From Chloroflexota bacterium (lineage in GTDB: Bacteria > Chloroflexota > Anaerolineae > Anaerolineales > UBA4823), in NCBI GenBank assembly GCA_029265355.1, contig JAJUJL010000008.1, positions 96,758-160,757 of the forward strand: a stretch of 64,000 nucleotides of DNA. Direction: 5' to 3'. The stretch's first letter is position 1; each line of letters opens with the position of its first letter. The notes below the pieces were generated by a model. The model was not told the DNA's origin and did not search any database. It saw only the letters and a program-made list of their open reading frames with translations. The position numbers were made by a program, and so were the translations under genes. Shown here piece by piece: positions 47,882 through 56,424 of this stretch.

Positions 47882-48652
47882 TCACGCCACCGGGATTGCC
47901 AGCCCACGGATCGCTGCTGCCATCGCCTGGTTCACCTGGAAATGACGCTCCAAGAATGCCAAAATCGCCAGGGCCGACTCGCAGCTGCGTTCATAGCCTT
48001 GCATAAAACCGGGCAGTTGGCGGGCAATCCCCGGAAAGCGGCGCTCGAAACGCCGTTCGCCCGAAAATGGGTCTGCGAATGCTGGCTGGTTAACTTCAAC
48101 CTGGTTTGCCAGCTCAATGATGCGGTCAACAGCGTATTGCTGGATGAAGCGCATTGCTGAGAGCTTCTCGCCGCGTCGATATCGGCCCAATCCAACCAAT
48201 AGATTGGTCAGCGCTTCGCCCAGCAGCCAATCGGTGGTCGCTTTTGGGGCGCTATTGGGAGCCGTTGCGGGTATCGCAATCTGCTCGTCGACCCCTGGGC
48301 GCTTCCAAACCACACGTCCAGCAGCAAAGGGAATTGCGCCGAGTTCCCGCTGTTCGAAGACAGCAAATTCGCAAAATATGCCATCCTGGAAAAGCAGCTT
48401 ATAGCCATCCGGCGAGTTGAGAAAATAATACGCCGGCGGGCAAATCTCAGTTAGCCAATCCAAATTCTGCACATACCAGGTCTTATACCCTTCCTCGACG
48501 ATCACAAAAAAGTCGAGGTCCGAATATTCATCCAAACGCTCCAGCTCTGAGCCGACCGAACCCAAGCCAATCAGCGCCAAGGCGTGGCCGGATTTTTCCA
48601 ACGATTCACCAATATCGTCCAGCCGGGTTAGCAGTGAAAACTTGTCAGGCAT
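47882..48652 (-). CDS. Nucleotidyltransferase-domain protein (MNT/ANT-like)
   Basis: LIGLGSVGSELERLDEYSDLDFFVIV (GS...DxD) with a helical C-terminal domain. Confidence 0.7.
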   Translation of the reverse strand: MPDKFSLLTRLDDIGESLEKSGHALALIGLGSVGSELERLDEYSDLDFFVIVEEGYKTWYVQNLDWLTEICPPAYYFLNSPDGYKLLFQDGIFCEFAVFEQRELGAIPFAAGRVVWKRPGVDEQIAIPATAPNSAPKATTDWLLGEALTNLLVGLGRYRRGEKLSAMRFIQQYAVDRIIELANQVEVNQPAFADPFSGERRFERRFPGIARQLPGFMQGYERSCESALAILAFLERHFQVNQAMAAAIRGLAIPVA

Positions 48653-48696
48653 GGTATTCCCTCGTCCCGATCCAGAGATGCCATCACAGCACAGCG

Positions 48697-48702
48697 ATTA
48701 TA
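48697..48702 (-). promoter_or_regulatory. -10 box TATAAT upstream of the MNT-like gene
   Basis: The minus strand reads CCGTTATAATC, the same context as the 46680 box. About 44 nt before ATG 48652, with GAGGGA SD. Confidence 0.3.
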
Positions 48703-48747
48703 ACGGCTCCGACCAATTCAAATGGATAGGATTCCGGATGATAACGG

Positions 48748-48753
48748 TATAAT
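48748..48753 (+). promoter_or_regulatory. -10 box TATAAT upstream of the M23 peptidase gene
   Basis: ACGGTATAATC lies 25 nt before ATG 48779. AAAGGTGG SD in between. Confidence 0.35.
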
Positions 48754-48778
48754 CGAAATATCAGGAAAAGGTGGATCA

Positions 48779-50347
48779 ATGCCGAAACCGCTGCGCCGCA
48801 CTGCCTGGATGGTTGCCATTCCCCTGCTTCTTTCCCTGGCATGCAATTATCCGGTCACGAGCGCCAGGCCAACCCGCAATGTCAGCGGTGAACAACTGCG
48901 CCAGACGCTGGCAGCTCCATCGTCCGGAACTCCTGGCGCAATTGAAAACCCGCTAGCAAGCGCGCCCGCTGCGGAAGGCGAAGCCAAGGCAACCCCCGCG
49001 ACCCCGCCGGCTGTCTCCAACCCTCCAGCGCCAACGCCGCAGCTCGCCCCTGGCAGCTATTACCTGTACACCACTCGCTCTGGGGATGACCTGGCTGGAT
49101 TGGCGGGCCGCTTCGACGTCGAGCCAGGCGAGATCCTGCTGCCAGAAGGGATCATCGCGCAAGGCCTGCTGCCTGCGGAAACTCCACTCTATATCCCCAA
49201 ACGCTTGGAGGCGGTTGCCCACAGCGGGCTACTGCTGCCCGATAGCGAGCTGGTCTATTCACCCACAGCTTTGGATTTCGACGTCGCGCGTTTCGTCCAG
49301 GAGGCCGGCGGATACCTGAGCCGCTACGCTGAAGAAGTCGATGGCGACTTGCTCAACGGGGCAGTGGTGATCCAGCGCGTGGCGAACGAGCTATCCGTCA
49401 ACCCGCGCTTGCTGCTGGCTTTCCTTGAATACCGCTCTGGCTGGGTTTACGGAGAGCCGACCGACCCCCAGGAAATTGACTTTCCCATCGGCTTCGTGGC
49501 CGCCGGGCGCAAGGGCTTATACCAGGAAATTCACATCACAGCCACGCAGCTCAACCAGGCTTACTACGGCTGGCGCCAGGGCATCATCACCCAAATCACC
49601 TACCGCCAGCTCAAAACGGCGCGCCTGGATCCAACGGTGAATGCTGGCACGGCCGCGCTGCAGCACCTGTTCGCCATCTTCTATGATCAGTCCGCCTGGC
49701 AAGAAGCCCTATACGGTGCAAATGGCTTCCTGGCGCTTTACCAGCGCATGTTCGGAGATGCCTGGGCGCGGGATACGGCATTCGGACCGCTCTTTCCACC
49801 CGGTCTCAACCAACCGTTGCTCGAGCTGCCTTTTGGGCGCGGCGAGCGCTGGAGCTTGACCGCCGGACCACACCCCGCCTGGAATACAGGCACGCCGCGC
49901 GGCGCCCTGGACTTTGCGCCGGTGACCGGCGAGCCACCCTGCAGCATTTCACGTGCTTGGGCTACCGCCGCAGCTCCGGGTATCATCGCCCGCTCCGGTG
50001 AGAACGTTGTCGTCCTTGATCTCGACGGCGATGGCAAAGAACAAACCGGCTGGGTGCTGCTGTACTATCACCTGGCTGGCGAGCTGCCCCCTGCCAGGCT
50101 GGTGGTTGAACAGGATTTCCCGCTGGGTCACCCCTCTTGCGAGGGAGGTCGCGCCACCGGTACGCATGTGCACATCGCCCGTAAGTACAACGGCGAGTGG
50201 CTGGCTGCAGACGGCCCAGTGCCTTTCGTGCTGAGCGGCTGGCAGGCGCACGCCGATGCCAGGAACTATTACGGCACGCTGGTCAAAGGAGACCAGGTGG
50301 TGGGTTCCAACGTCAACGGGGCCTCGACTTCGATCATCGTGCGTTGA
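48779..50347 (+). CDS. Secreted/anchored M23 family metallopeptidase
   Basis: Signal-like MPKPLRRTAWMVAIPLLLSLAC. HxxxD-type GALDFAP region. THVHIARKYNGEW (HxH). Start 48779 has an SD and the promoter lies upstream of it, so I prefer it to 48722. Confidence 0.8.
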   Translation: MPKPLRRTAWMVAIPLLLSLACNYPVTSARPTRNVSGEQLRQTLAAPSSGTPGAIENPLASAPAAEGEAKATPATPPAVSNPPAPTPQLAPGSYYLYTTRSGDDLAGLAGRFDVEPGEILLPEGIIAQGLLPAETPLYIPKRLEAVAHSGLLLPDSELVYSPTALDFDVARFVQEAGGYLSRYAEEVDGDLLNGAVVIQRVANELSVNPRLLLAFLEYRSGWVYGEPTDPQEIDFPIGFVAAGRKGLYQEIHITATQLNQAYYGWRQGIITQITYRQLKTARLDPTVNAGTAALQHLFAIFYDQSAWQEALYGANGFLALYQRMFGDAWARDTAFGPLFPPGLNQPLLELPFGRGERWSLTAGPHPAWNTGTPRGALDFAPVTGEPPCSISRAWATAAAPGIIARSGENVVVLDLDGDGKEQTGWVLLYYHLAGELPPARLVVEQDFPLGHPSCEGGRATGTHVHIARKYNGEWLAADGPVPFVLSGWQAHADARNYYGTLVKGDQVVGSNVNGASTSIIVR

Positions 50348-50362
50348 GCGCCAGATATCACA

Positions 50363-50394
50363 GCGGCAGCCGGAAGCACGTGTCCGGCTGCCGC
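50363..50394. terminator. Perfect 11-bp GC-rich hairpin between convergent genes
   Basis: GCGGCAGCCGG (50363-50373), 10-nt loop, CCGGCTGCCGC (50384-50394). No strong U-tract on either side. Confidence 0.5.
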
Positions 50395-50419
50395 GCCATT
50401 TGGTTCAGCCTTCGGTTGG

Positions 50420-53400
50420 TTATGCTCGCTGGGATGCTTTGAGCGCCGCCCAGGCGCCTGCCGTCGCCAGCGCCAGCAGCGTCAGCAAGATCCAGGAGAG
50501 CAGCCTCCAGGAAGAGGCTGCACCGGAGAATGCCTGGATACCGACGGAAGTCGGGTCCAGGCCGCCGGGGTCGCCAGCGACAAAGTGAGTGCCATCCAGC
50601 TCGGCCTCGGTCAAGCCCGCTAAAACCAGTCCAGAGCCCGTATGGGTAACGCCAGTAGCCAGGTCCCAGCACTCGCCGCTGGTTGGAGCACATTGAGAGA
50701 TATCCGCAATGGTGAACAGGCGATTCTGGTTCAAGGTGATGCTGGTGCATTCCGGCGGGGTCGCATCCACCGGCAGAACCAGCGTCCACGAGCCCGCGCC
50801 GCCCACGGTAAAGGCGTCGTAGAATTCCGAGCACATCGCATCCACGTATCCGGAGACGCCATTATCGAAGGGGGCATTGGCTGCGCCGCGGCCAAAACTG
50901 ACTATCGCGACCGTGCCCGCGCCGCCGGACAGGCTGGCGCCGCCCAGAGCCACGCTGCCGGTGGGGCTATCCGCCCAACCAGACACTGCAGAGCCCAGGC
51001 GCTTGGGCCATTCCCCGGCCGGCATACCGCTGGGTGCTGCCGCGCCGGCGTCTTTGCTGCCCCAGAAGTTGTGCCCAATTGCCGGAGCGCCGCCGCCGCT
51101 GTAGGCGGAAACGTAGTTGGCAATATTGTTGGCGTAAGCTGTTACCACTCCCGCACCCACCTGGTTGAAGACATTGGCAGCCGCGCCGCCATCCAAGGAT
51201 AAGCCTTTCAGCGTCAGGTTACAGTTCCAGGCAGTGAACATGTCTCCTGCGCCGCCATTCCAGGTGATGCTGGAGCCGCTGGCGCCGGTCAGGTTGATAT
51301 CTCCAACACAGGTCAGGCTGCTGTTGATCGTGTGATCGCCCAAAACCGTCACCTGTCCTCCGGAAGCCACCGCGTTCAGTGCCTGTTGGATAGCATTGCC
51401 CCCGCTGAAACAGGGAGAATTTCCGCCGCAGGTGGGATCAGCCGGGTCGGCAAAGGCAGCCGGGAATGGGGCGGCTTCTACCGTTGCCTGCAGGCACCAC
51501 TCGCTGAGTGTGCCGGTATCGCCACTTGCCAGGTCCCTGGCGGTCATGCGCCAGGTATTGGCAAGCGCCTGGCCGTTGAAAACGCTCAAGGGGTTATTGG
51601 GCACAAAAGCGCCATCGATGGCGTAGGGGGGAGGACTTGCAACGTTGCTGGTGGCGCATTGATTTTCCACGGGTAGGCTGGCCTGGTCATCCAACAGGGC
51701 ATTGATGTGGTTTTGAGAGCAGCCGAAAGTGCTGGCAGGCACGCCTGGGCGGTCGATGATCATGGCGCTGGTGCCGGTGCCAATATTTTGTAGTGTGAAA
51801 TCAAGGTCTCCCACCCAGGTATGCGTGGCGCGCACGCTCACATTCAGATCAATGATCGTACCCGGCGTCGCCGGTGTCTGCTCATTGAAAGCTCCTGCGC
51901 TATTGCCATCCGGTATGTTCATATTGGGCGTGCTACAGGCGGTGACCGTCTCCCGGTTGGCAGTCACGAAGGCGGAAACTGCCGAGTATGCCCCAGTTCC
52001 GCAACTGTTATCTGCCCACACCCGCCAGAAATACAGCGTATTGGCGTCGAGCGGCGCGACCGGGGTATAGCTGGTTGCCGTCAGCCCGGAGGCAGAAACG
52101 ACCACATCATTGAAATTGGGGTCGGTGGCAATCTGCAGGCTATAAGTGGTGGCCTGCAGATTCTCACTCCAGATAAAGGTTGGCTGGTTCGAAACACTCT
52201 TGGCGCCATCTGCGGGAGAGATCAGCGAAGGGGCTCCTGGCGCGGCGTCGCGCACGACCAAACCCAGGTTTATCGAATGGGAGGTCGCCCCGCTGGCGCC
52301 AACCACCTCGAAGTGTGACATACCGGCTGGCGCGCCGCTGATCGTCAGTGTGCTGCTAACGGAAGCGTTGGCTGGCGGCGTGACCGGGTTGGGGGTAAAA
52401 GCTGCCGAACCCGGGTTGCCCACTGCGCTGAGCGTGACCGTACCGGTGAAACCAGCCTGGGAATTCACATCGATTGTATAGACTGCATCTGCAGGAGCAC
52501 ATATCTCTTGCGTTTCTGGCGCCGCGCTCAAGCTGAAATCGGGCGCTAACGAACAGCTTGGGAATTTGAAGGAGCCGATGCGCAGCCGCCAGCCGATCGA
52601 GCTGGTGGTGGGAATGTACTGATTGACATACCAGAAAGTGCAATCGTCTACTGGATCCACATTCATGGACGTGTAGTCGCCCCAGCGATTCGAACCTGTC
52701 TGTGAGCCAGTGCCATCGATGATCGAGCCTTCGCCTTGCGGCATGGAGCCCAGGGGATCGCTTGCCAGGCGTCCGGTGTACCAAACGCTGGGGTAGGTGG
52801 TAGTGCCATTCGAGGCGCTGTATCCCAGCGCCATATTACCGCTGGCGTCCATGGCAATGCTGCCCATCCAGCGGTGAATGCCATCAGTTACCCCAGGAGC
52901 ATAAGTGCCCTGCTGGTAAACCACCGGTGTGCCGTTCGGATCGCGGATTTCATACCAGCGAATGCCAGCGACATTCGCAGCGGCTTCAACTGCCTGGTTG
53001 GTGACCAGGGATTCATGGGTGCCATAATTGCGATACGCCAGGCGCCACAAGGGTCGCTGCCGATAAGAGAGGATATCCAGTTTGGTGGTGGTGCCTGGCT
53101 GGGGGATACACTCCCGCGAGGTGGGGGTGCAAGGATACATCGAATCAAAGGCCGCAACCGGCAGAGTGTTCGCCAGGGTAAAGGTTGAGTTCGACGGTGT
53201 GGCGAAATCAGCGTGAAATTTCCACAGCGTCAGCGCATCCTGGGGAGCGCTATAGGGGCCGCCATCATCCATGGTACCCACATAGTAATTGGGCGAGCCA
53301 GCCGGCGGCATGTCCAAGCCATCCACGTCGGCGGGCAGCAAGCCATCGCCGATGGTGTAAGGGGTGGAACCCGGAGGAACCAGAAAGGAGATCACCTGCG

Positions 53401-54214
53401 GGGTGGGGTTTCCGGCAATCATCTGGGCGCGGTTCACCGCGTAGACGCCCACGCCGGCAAATGTGGTGCCATTGGTAAATTCTTTGGCGCTGATGTAATA
53501 GGCGTCATGCCACACACCGTATTTGGGGTAATCGGGGAAATTTGTTCCTGTGCTGAAGGCATAGCGGTAATAAGTGCCTGTAGGATCGCCGCTGGTCGAG
53601 ATTGCCACGCAGTTGTAGTATGTCGGACCGCTGGCGGTGAATTGGGTCAGGATCCAGCGATCCGCAAACTGATCGTAGATCACGATTGGGTCGCCTGAAT
53701 TGTCAACCTCGCAGTCGGTGCCAAACCCTGACCATAGGGTGTTGTTAGCTGCTGGACCGTACAGCAGCGCGCCGGTTTTGCTGTAGATAGCAAAGTACAG
53801 GTTGCTCATGGCAACATAATGATTGGGACCGACATCACCCACCGGATCCGGCGGCGTCACCCCGGCGAGATTGCTGGGTCCGTCGAAGCTGGTTATGGGA
53901 GCGGGGATTTCCATCGCCCCGACCTCAGCCTGCACCACCTGGTCTACATCCTGAGGACCCAGCAAGCCTTCCAAACCGGTGGAAAGCTCAGGAACCTCGA
54001 CCAATTTGCCCGCTTCGACCGGCAGGGGCGGAATCGAACCCAGGGCAGGCGAAATATCGAATTTCTCTGCAGTGCTGACGCCTCTGAAAACCGCTTCTTG
54101 CGGCAATGGCTCAGCCTGGGCAAGAGCAGCCGCCGGGTTGGCAGCCAAAATAGAAGGTGTGAGCCCCAACAATAAGGCCAATACCAGACCGAAGGAAAAC
54201 ATATTGCGCAACAT
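50420..54214 (-). CDS. Large cell-surface protein: signal peptide, beta-propeller-like N-domain, Ig/FN3-like modules, proprotein-convertase P-domain, Cys-rich region, C-terminal TM anchor
   Basis: Start MLRNMFSFGLVLALLLGLTPSILA, with GGGAGGA SD. P-domain hallmark NIPDGNSAG..THTWVGDLDFTL..NTWRMTARDLASGDTGTLSEWCLQ (about 51480-51960). C-terminal WRLLSWILLTLLALATAGAWAALKASQRA. Confidence 0.8.
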   Translation of the reverse strand: MLRNMFSFGLVLALLLGLTPSILAANPAAALAQAEPLPQEAVFRGVSTAEKFDISPALGSIPPLPVEAGKLVEVPELSTGLEGLLGPQDVDQVVQAEVGAMEIPAPITSFDGPSNLAGVTPPDPVGDVGPNHYVAMSNLYFAIYSKTGALLYGPAANNTLWSGFGTDCEVDNSGDPIVIYDQFADRWILTQFTASGPTYYNCVAISTSGDPTGTYYRYAFSTGTNFPDYPKYGVWHDAYYISAKEFTNGTTFAGVGVYAVNRAQMIAGNPTPQVISFLVPPGSTPYTIGDGLLPADVDGLDMPPAGSPNYYVGTMDDGGPYSAPQDALTLWKFHADFATPSNSTFTLANTLPVAAFDSMYPCTPTSRECIPQPGTTTKLDILSYRQRPLWRLAYRNYGTHESLVTNQAVEAAANVAGIRWYEIRDPNGTPVVYQQGTYAPGVTDGIHRWMGSIAMDASGNMALGYSASNGTTTYPSVWYTGRLASDPLGSMPQGEGSIIDGTGSQTGSNRWGDYTSMNVDPVDDCTFWYVNQYIPTTSSIGWRLRIGSFKFPSCSLAPDFSLSAAPETQEICAPADAVYTIDVNSQAGFTGTVTLSAVGNPGSAAFTPNPVTPPANASVSSTLTISGAPAGMSHFEVVGASGATSHSINLGLVVRDAAPGAPSLISPADGAKSVSNQPTFIWSENLQATTYSLQIATDPNFNDVVVSASGLTATSYTPVAPLDANTLYFWRVWADNSCGTGAYSAVSAFVTANRETVTACSTPNMNIPDGNSAGAFNEQTPATPGTIIDLNVSVRATHTWVGDLDFTLQNIGTGTSAMIIDRPGVPASTFGCSQNHINALLDDQASLPVENQCATSNVASPPPYAIDGAFVPNNPLSVFNGQALANTWRMTARDLASGDTGTLSEWCLQATVEAAPFPAAFADPADPTCGGNSPCFSGGNAIQQALNAVASGGQVTVLGDHTINSSLTCVGDINLTGASGSSITWNGGAGDMFTAWNCNLTLKGLSLDGGAAANVFNQVGAGVVTAYANNIANYVSAYSGGGAPAIGHNFWGSKDAGAAAPSGMPAGEWPKRLGSAVSGWADSPTGSVALGGASLSGGAGTVAIVSFGRGAANAPFDNGVSGYVDAMCSEFYDAFTVGGAGSWTLVLPVDATPPECTSITLNQNRLFTIADISQCAPTSGECWDLATGVTHTGSGLVLAGLTEAELDGTHFVAGDPGGLDPTSVGIQAFSGAASSWRLLSWILLTLLALATAGAWAALKASQRA

Positions 54215-54225
54215 GGTTCCTCCCA

Positions 54226-54258
54226 AGAAAAGGGAAAAAGCGCCGCGCCTGCGCGGCG
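54226..54258 (-). terminator. Rho-independent terminator after the M20 peptidase gene
   Basis: The minus strand reads CGCCGCGC-AG-GCGCGGCG followed by CTTTTTCCCTTTTCTT. It lies upstream of ATG 54214, arguing against the TTG 54277 extension of the large gene. Confidence 0.7.
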
Positions 54259-54301
54259 GATTGATATTAATTCCCAATCATTTTAACACCCGAATGGCGA
54301 T

Positions 54302-55630
54302 TTACACCCCACAGAGCTGTAAGGCATGGAATATCGCCTGGCTGCCAAACTGCACCGCATCGACCGGGATGCGCTCATCGGCCGCGTGAATGGTTTGTGA
54401 GAAATTGAAGCTTTCAGGGAGCTGCATGGGTAGAAAGCCATAAGTTTGGATGCCCAGCTTCGAGAAGAAGCGTGCGTCGGTAATGGCGCTGAGCACATAC
54501 GGTAGAGGGACGCCCTGAGGATCGGCCTGGCGCAAGATGTTCGCCAGGGTTTCAAACAGACCCATATCGGGATCGGCAGGCCCGGGATCATAGCGGATGA
54601 CCTCGAATTCGACCTCCGGCCCAACCATGTCGCCCAACTCGGCAAGCATATCGTCAGGGGTATAGCCGGGGAGCAGGCGCCCATCCAACCCAACAGAGAC
54701 CTCACTGGGAATCACGTTGAACTTCTCGCTGGCGCGCAGCACGGTCGGGCTGACGGTGTTGTGCAGCAAGGGCTCGAACAGGCGGGAATTCTCACCCATT
54801 TGGCTCAGCAGGCGGTCGCTGAGCATTGGGTTGAGCAATTGCCTCACCACCAGGCCTTGCACACCTCCCAGGGCAGCGCCCAGCGACTCGATCATCAGGC
54901 GGACAGCCGGTGTGATATGCAGCGGCAGGCGCTTGCGGTCGAGATTGTGCAACAGGCGCGCCAGCCTGGCCATCGCCTGGCCGCGCACCGGCAACGAGCC
55001 ATGCCCCCCCTGGCCGCGCACTGTTGCGCGCATTAAGCACATCTGCTTTTCGGCGATTTGAATGGGATAAAAACGCTTGCCGCCGATCGTCATGCTGAAA
55101 CCGCCGAATTCACCCAGCGCGTAGCGGACGCCTTGAAACTGCTCGGCATGTTCCTCCACCAGAAATTTTGCCCCAAAATCGCCGCCATGCTCCTCGTCGG
55201 ACAATATTGCCAGCACGACATCACCGGGCAGGCTCGTTTTTTCGGCTTTGGCGCGCAAGAATGCCGCCAACATCATCGCCACACCACCCTTCATATCCAA
55301 CGCGCCGCGCCCCCAGATGAAGCCATCCTGTATGACGCCCTCAAACGGCGGCCGAGTCCAGGGTTGGTTCTCAGTGGTGACCACATCAACATGCCCGTAA
55401 AGGAGCAGCGGCGGCGCTTTGCCCTGCCCCGGCAGGCGCGCGATCAGGTTCGGGCGCTGCGGCGTGCGCGCCAGCCAGGTGGTGGCAATCCCAGCCTGCC
55501 TGAGCAAGCCGTCGATAAAGGCAATGCAATCGGCTTCATTGCCAGGTGGGTTGGTGGTATCGAAGCGAATGAGTTGTTGCAGAAGTTCCGCTGGACGTTG
55601 GTAAATGTTTGCCATATCAGAGATTGCCAT
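54302..55630 (-). CDS. M20 family metallopeptidase (ArgE/DapE/ACY1-like)
   Basis: LLLYGHVDVV, GRGALDMKGG, LSDEEHGG. GGGAGAG SD. Confidence 0.85.
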   Translation of the reverse strand: MAISDMANIYQRPAELLQQLIRFDTTNPPGNEADCIAFIDGLLRQAGIATTWLARTPQRPNLIARLPGQGKAPPLLLYGHVDVVTTENQPWTRPPFEGVIQDGFIWGRGALDMKGGVAMMLAAFLRAKAEKTSLPGDVVLAILSDEEHGGDFGAKFLVEEHAEQFQGVRYALGEFGGFSMTIGGKRFYPIQIAEKQMCLMRATVRGQGGHGSLPVRGQAMARLARLLHNLDRKRLPLHITPAVRLMIESLGAALGGVQGLVVRQLLNPMLSDRLLSQMGENSRLFEPLLHNTVSPTVLRASEKFNVIPSEVSVGLDGRLLPGYTPDDMLAELGDMVGPEVEFEVIRYDPGPADPDMGLFETLANILRQADPQGVPLPYVLSAITDARFFSKLGIQTYGFLPMQLPESFNFSQTIHAADERIPVDAVQFGSQAIFHALQLCGV

Positions 55631-55703
55631 AGTCTCTCCCGGTAGATATTGAAAACCACTTCGAATTCAGCCGACGGGGAGCACTTAAAAGTGATCAGAT
55701 GGG

Positions 55704-55745
55704 GTGGTGCGTGTGGGCGGCGCACACCGCCCACACGCACACCAC
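55704..55745. repeat. Long GC-rich inverted repeat (17 bp with a 2-nt bulge) in a divergent intergenic region
   Basis: GTGGTG-CGTGTGGGCGG (55704-55720), loop CGCACA, CCGCCCACACG-ca-CACCAC (55727-55745). Confidence 0.7.
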
Positions 55746-55804
55746 TGACATATTTTCAGTGCACCCAGTCAAAAAGATTCTATCAGTGTAGCAACAAGAT
55801 CGGG

Positions 55805-55810
55805 TACAAT
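55805..55810 (+). promoter_or_regulatory. -10-like TACAAT 8 nt before the first CcmC-like gene (possible leaderless start)
   Basis: gggTACAATttctctctATG. No SD. Confidence 0.25.
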
Positions 55811-55818
55811 TTCTCTCT

Positions 55819-56415
55819 ATGAAACGACTGGCAATGATCGCATTACCTGTATCCCTGGTACTGGCGCTGCTGGTGGCAGCCTTTGCACCCCTGGAGCGCA
55901 CCCTGGGCGTCAACGCTCGCATCGTCTACCTGCATGGCGCCTGGGTTTGGGCAGCGCTGGCCTTGTTCATTCTCTCAGCGCTGGCAGGATTGGTAGGATT
56001 GCTGCTGCAGCAACACAGCTTACAAACCTGGTCGCAAGCCCTGGGTCGCACTGCACTGCTCTTCTGGATCGCTTTCCTGCCGATGTCACTGTATGTGATG
56101 CAAGCCAATTGGAATGGCCTGTTTCTCGATGAACCGCGGTTTCGCGTTCCGCTTAATTTTGCCATCGTGGGGCTCTTGCTGCAGATCGGCGCGTCTTTCT
56201 TTCCCCTGGCATGGACATCGGTGATCAATGTGGGTTTTTGCGCGGCCTTGTTGGTTGGTATGAGCCAGACCCAGGCGGTATTGCATCCCGAATCGCCGAT
56301 TTTCAATGCCGGCGCCGGGGATATTCGCACATTCTTTGCCGCTTTATTGGCGCTCTTTCTCCTCGCCGGATTGATGCTTGCCGGGCTCTGGCGAGGCTGG
56401 AATACGAAAGCATAA
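55819..56415 (+). CDS. Polytopic membrane protein, remote CcmC/CcsA-like (heme-handling family) with degenerate Trp-rich motif, paralogue 1
   Basis: 198 aa, about 6 TM helices. NARIVYLHGAWVW resembles CcmC YRIIYLHVPAAIW. QANWNGLFLDEPRFR sits at the position of the WWD motif. Second conserved His in AVLHPESP. Confidence 0.6.
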   Translation: MKRLAMIALPVSLVLALLVAAFAPLERTLGVNARIVYLHGAWVWAALALFILSALAGLVGLLLQQHSLQTWSQALGRTALLFWIAFLPMSLYVMQANWNGLFLDEPRFRVPLNFAIVGLLLQIGASFFPLAWTSVINVGFCAALLVGMSQTQAVLHPESPIFNAGAGDIRTFFAALLALFLLAGLMLAGLWRGWNTKA

Positions 56416-56424
56416 TGGTACATC

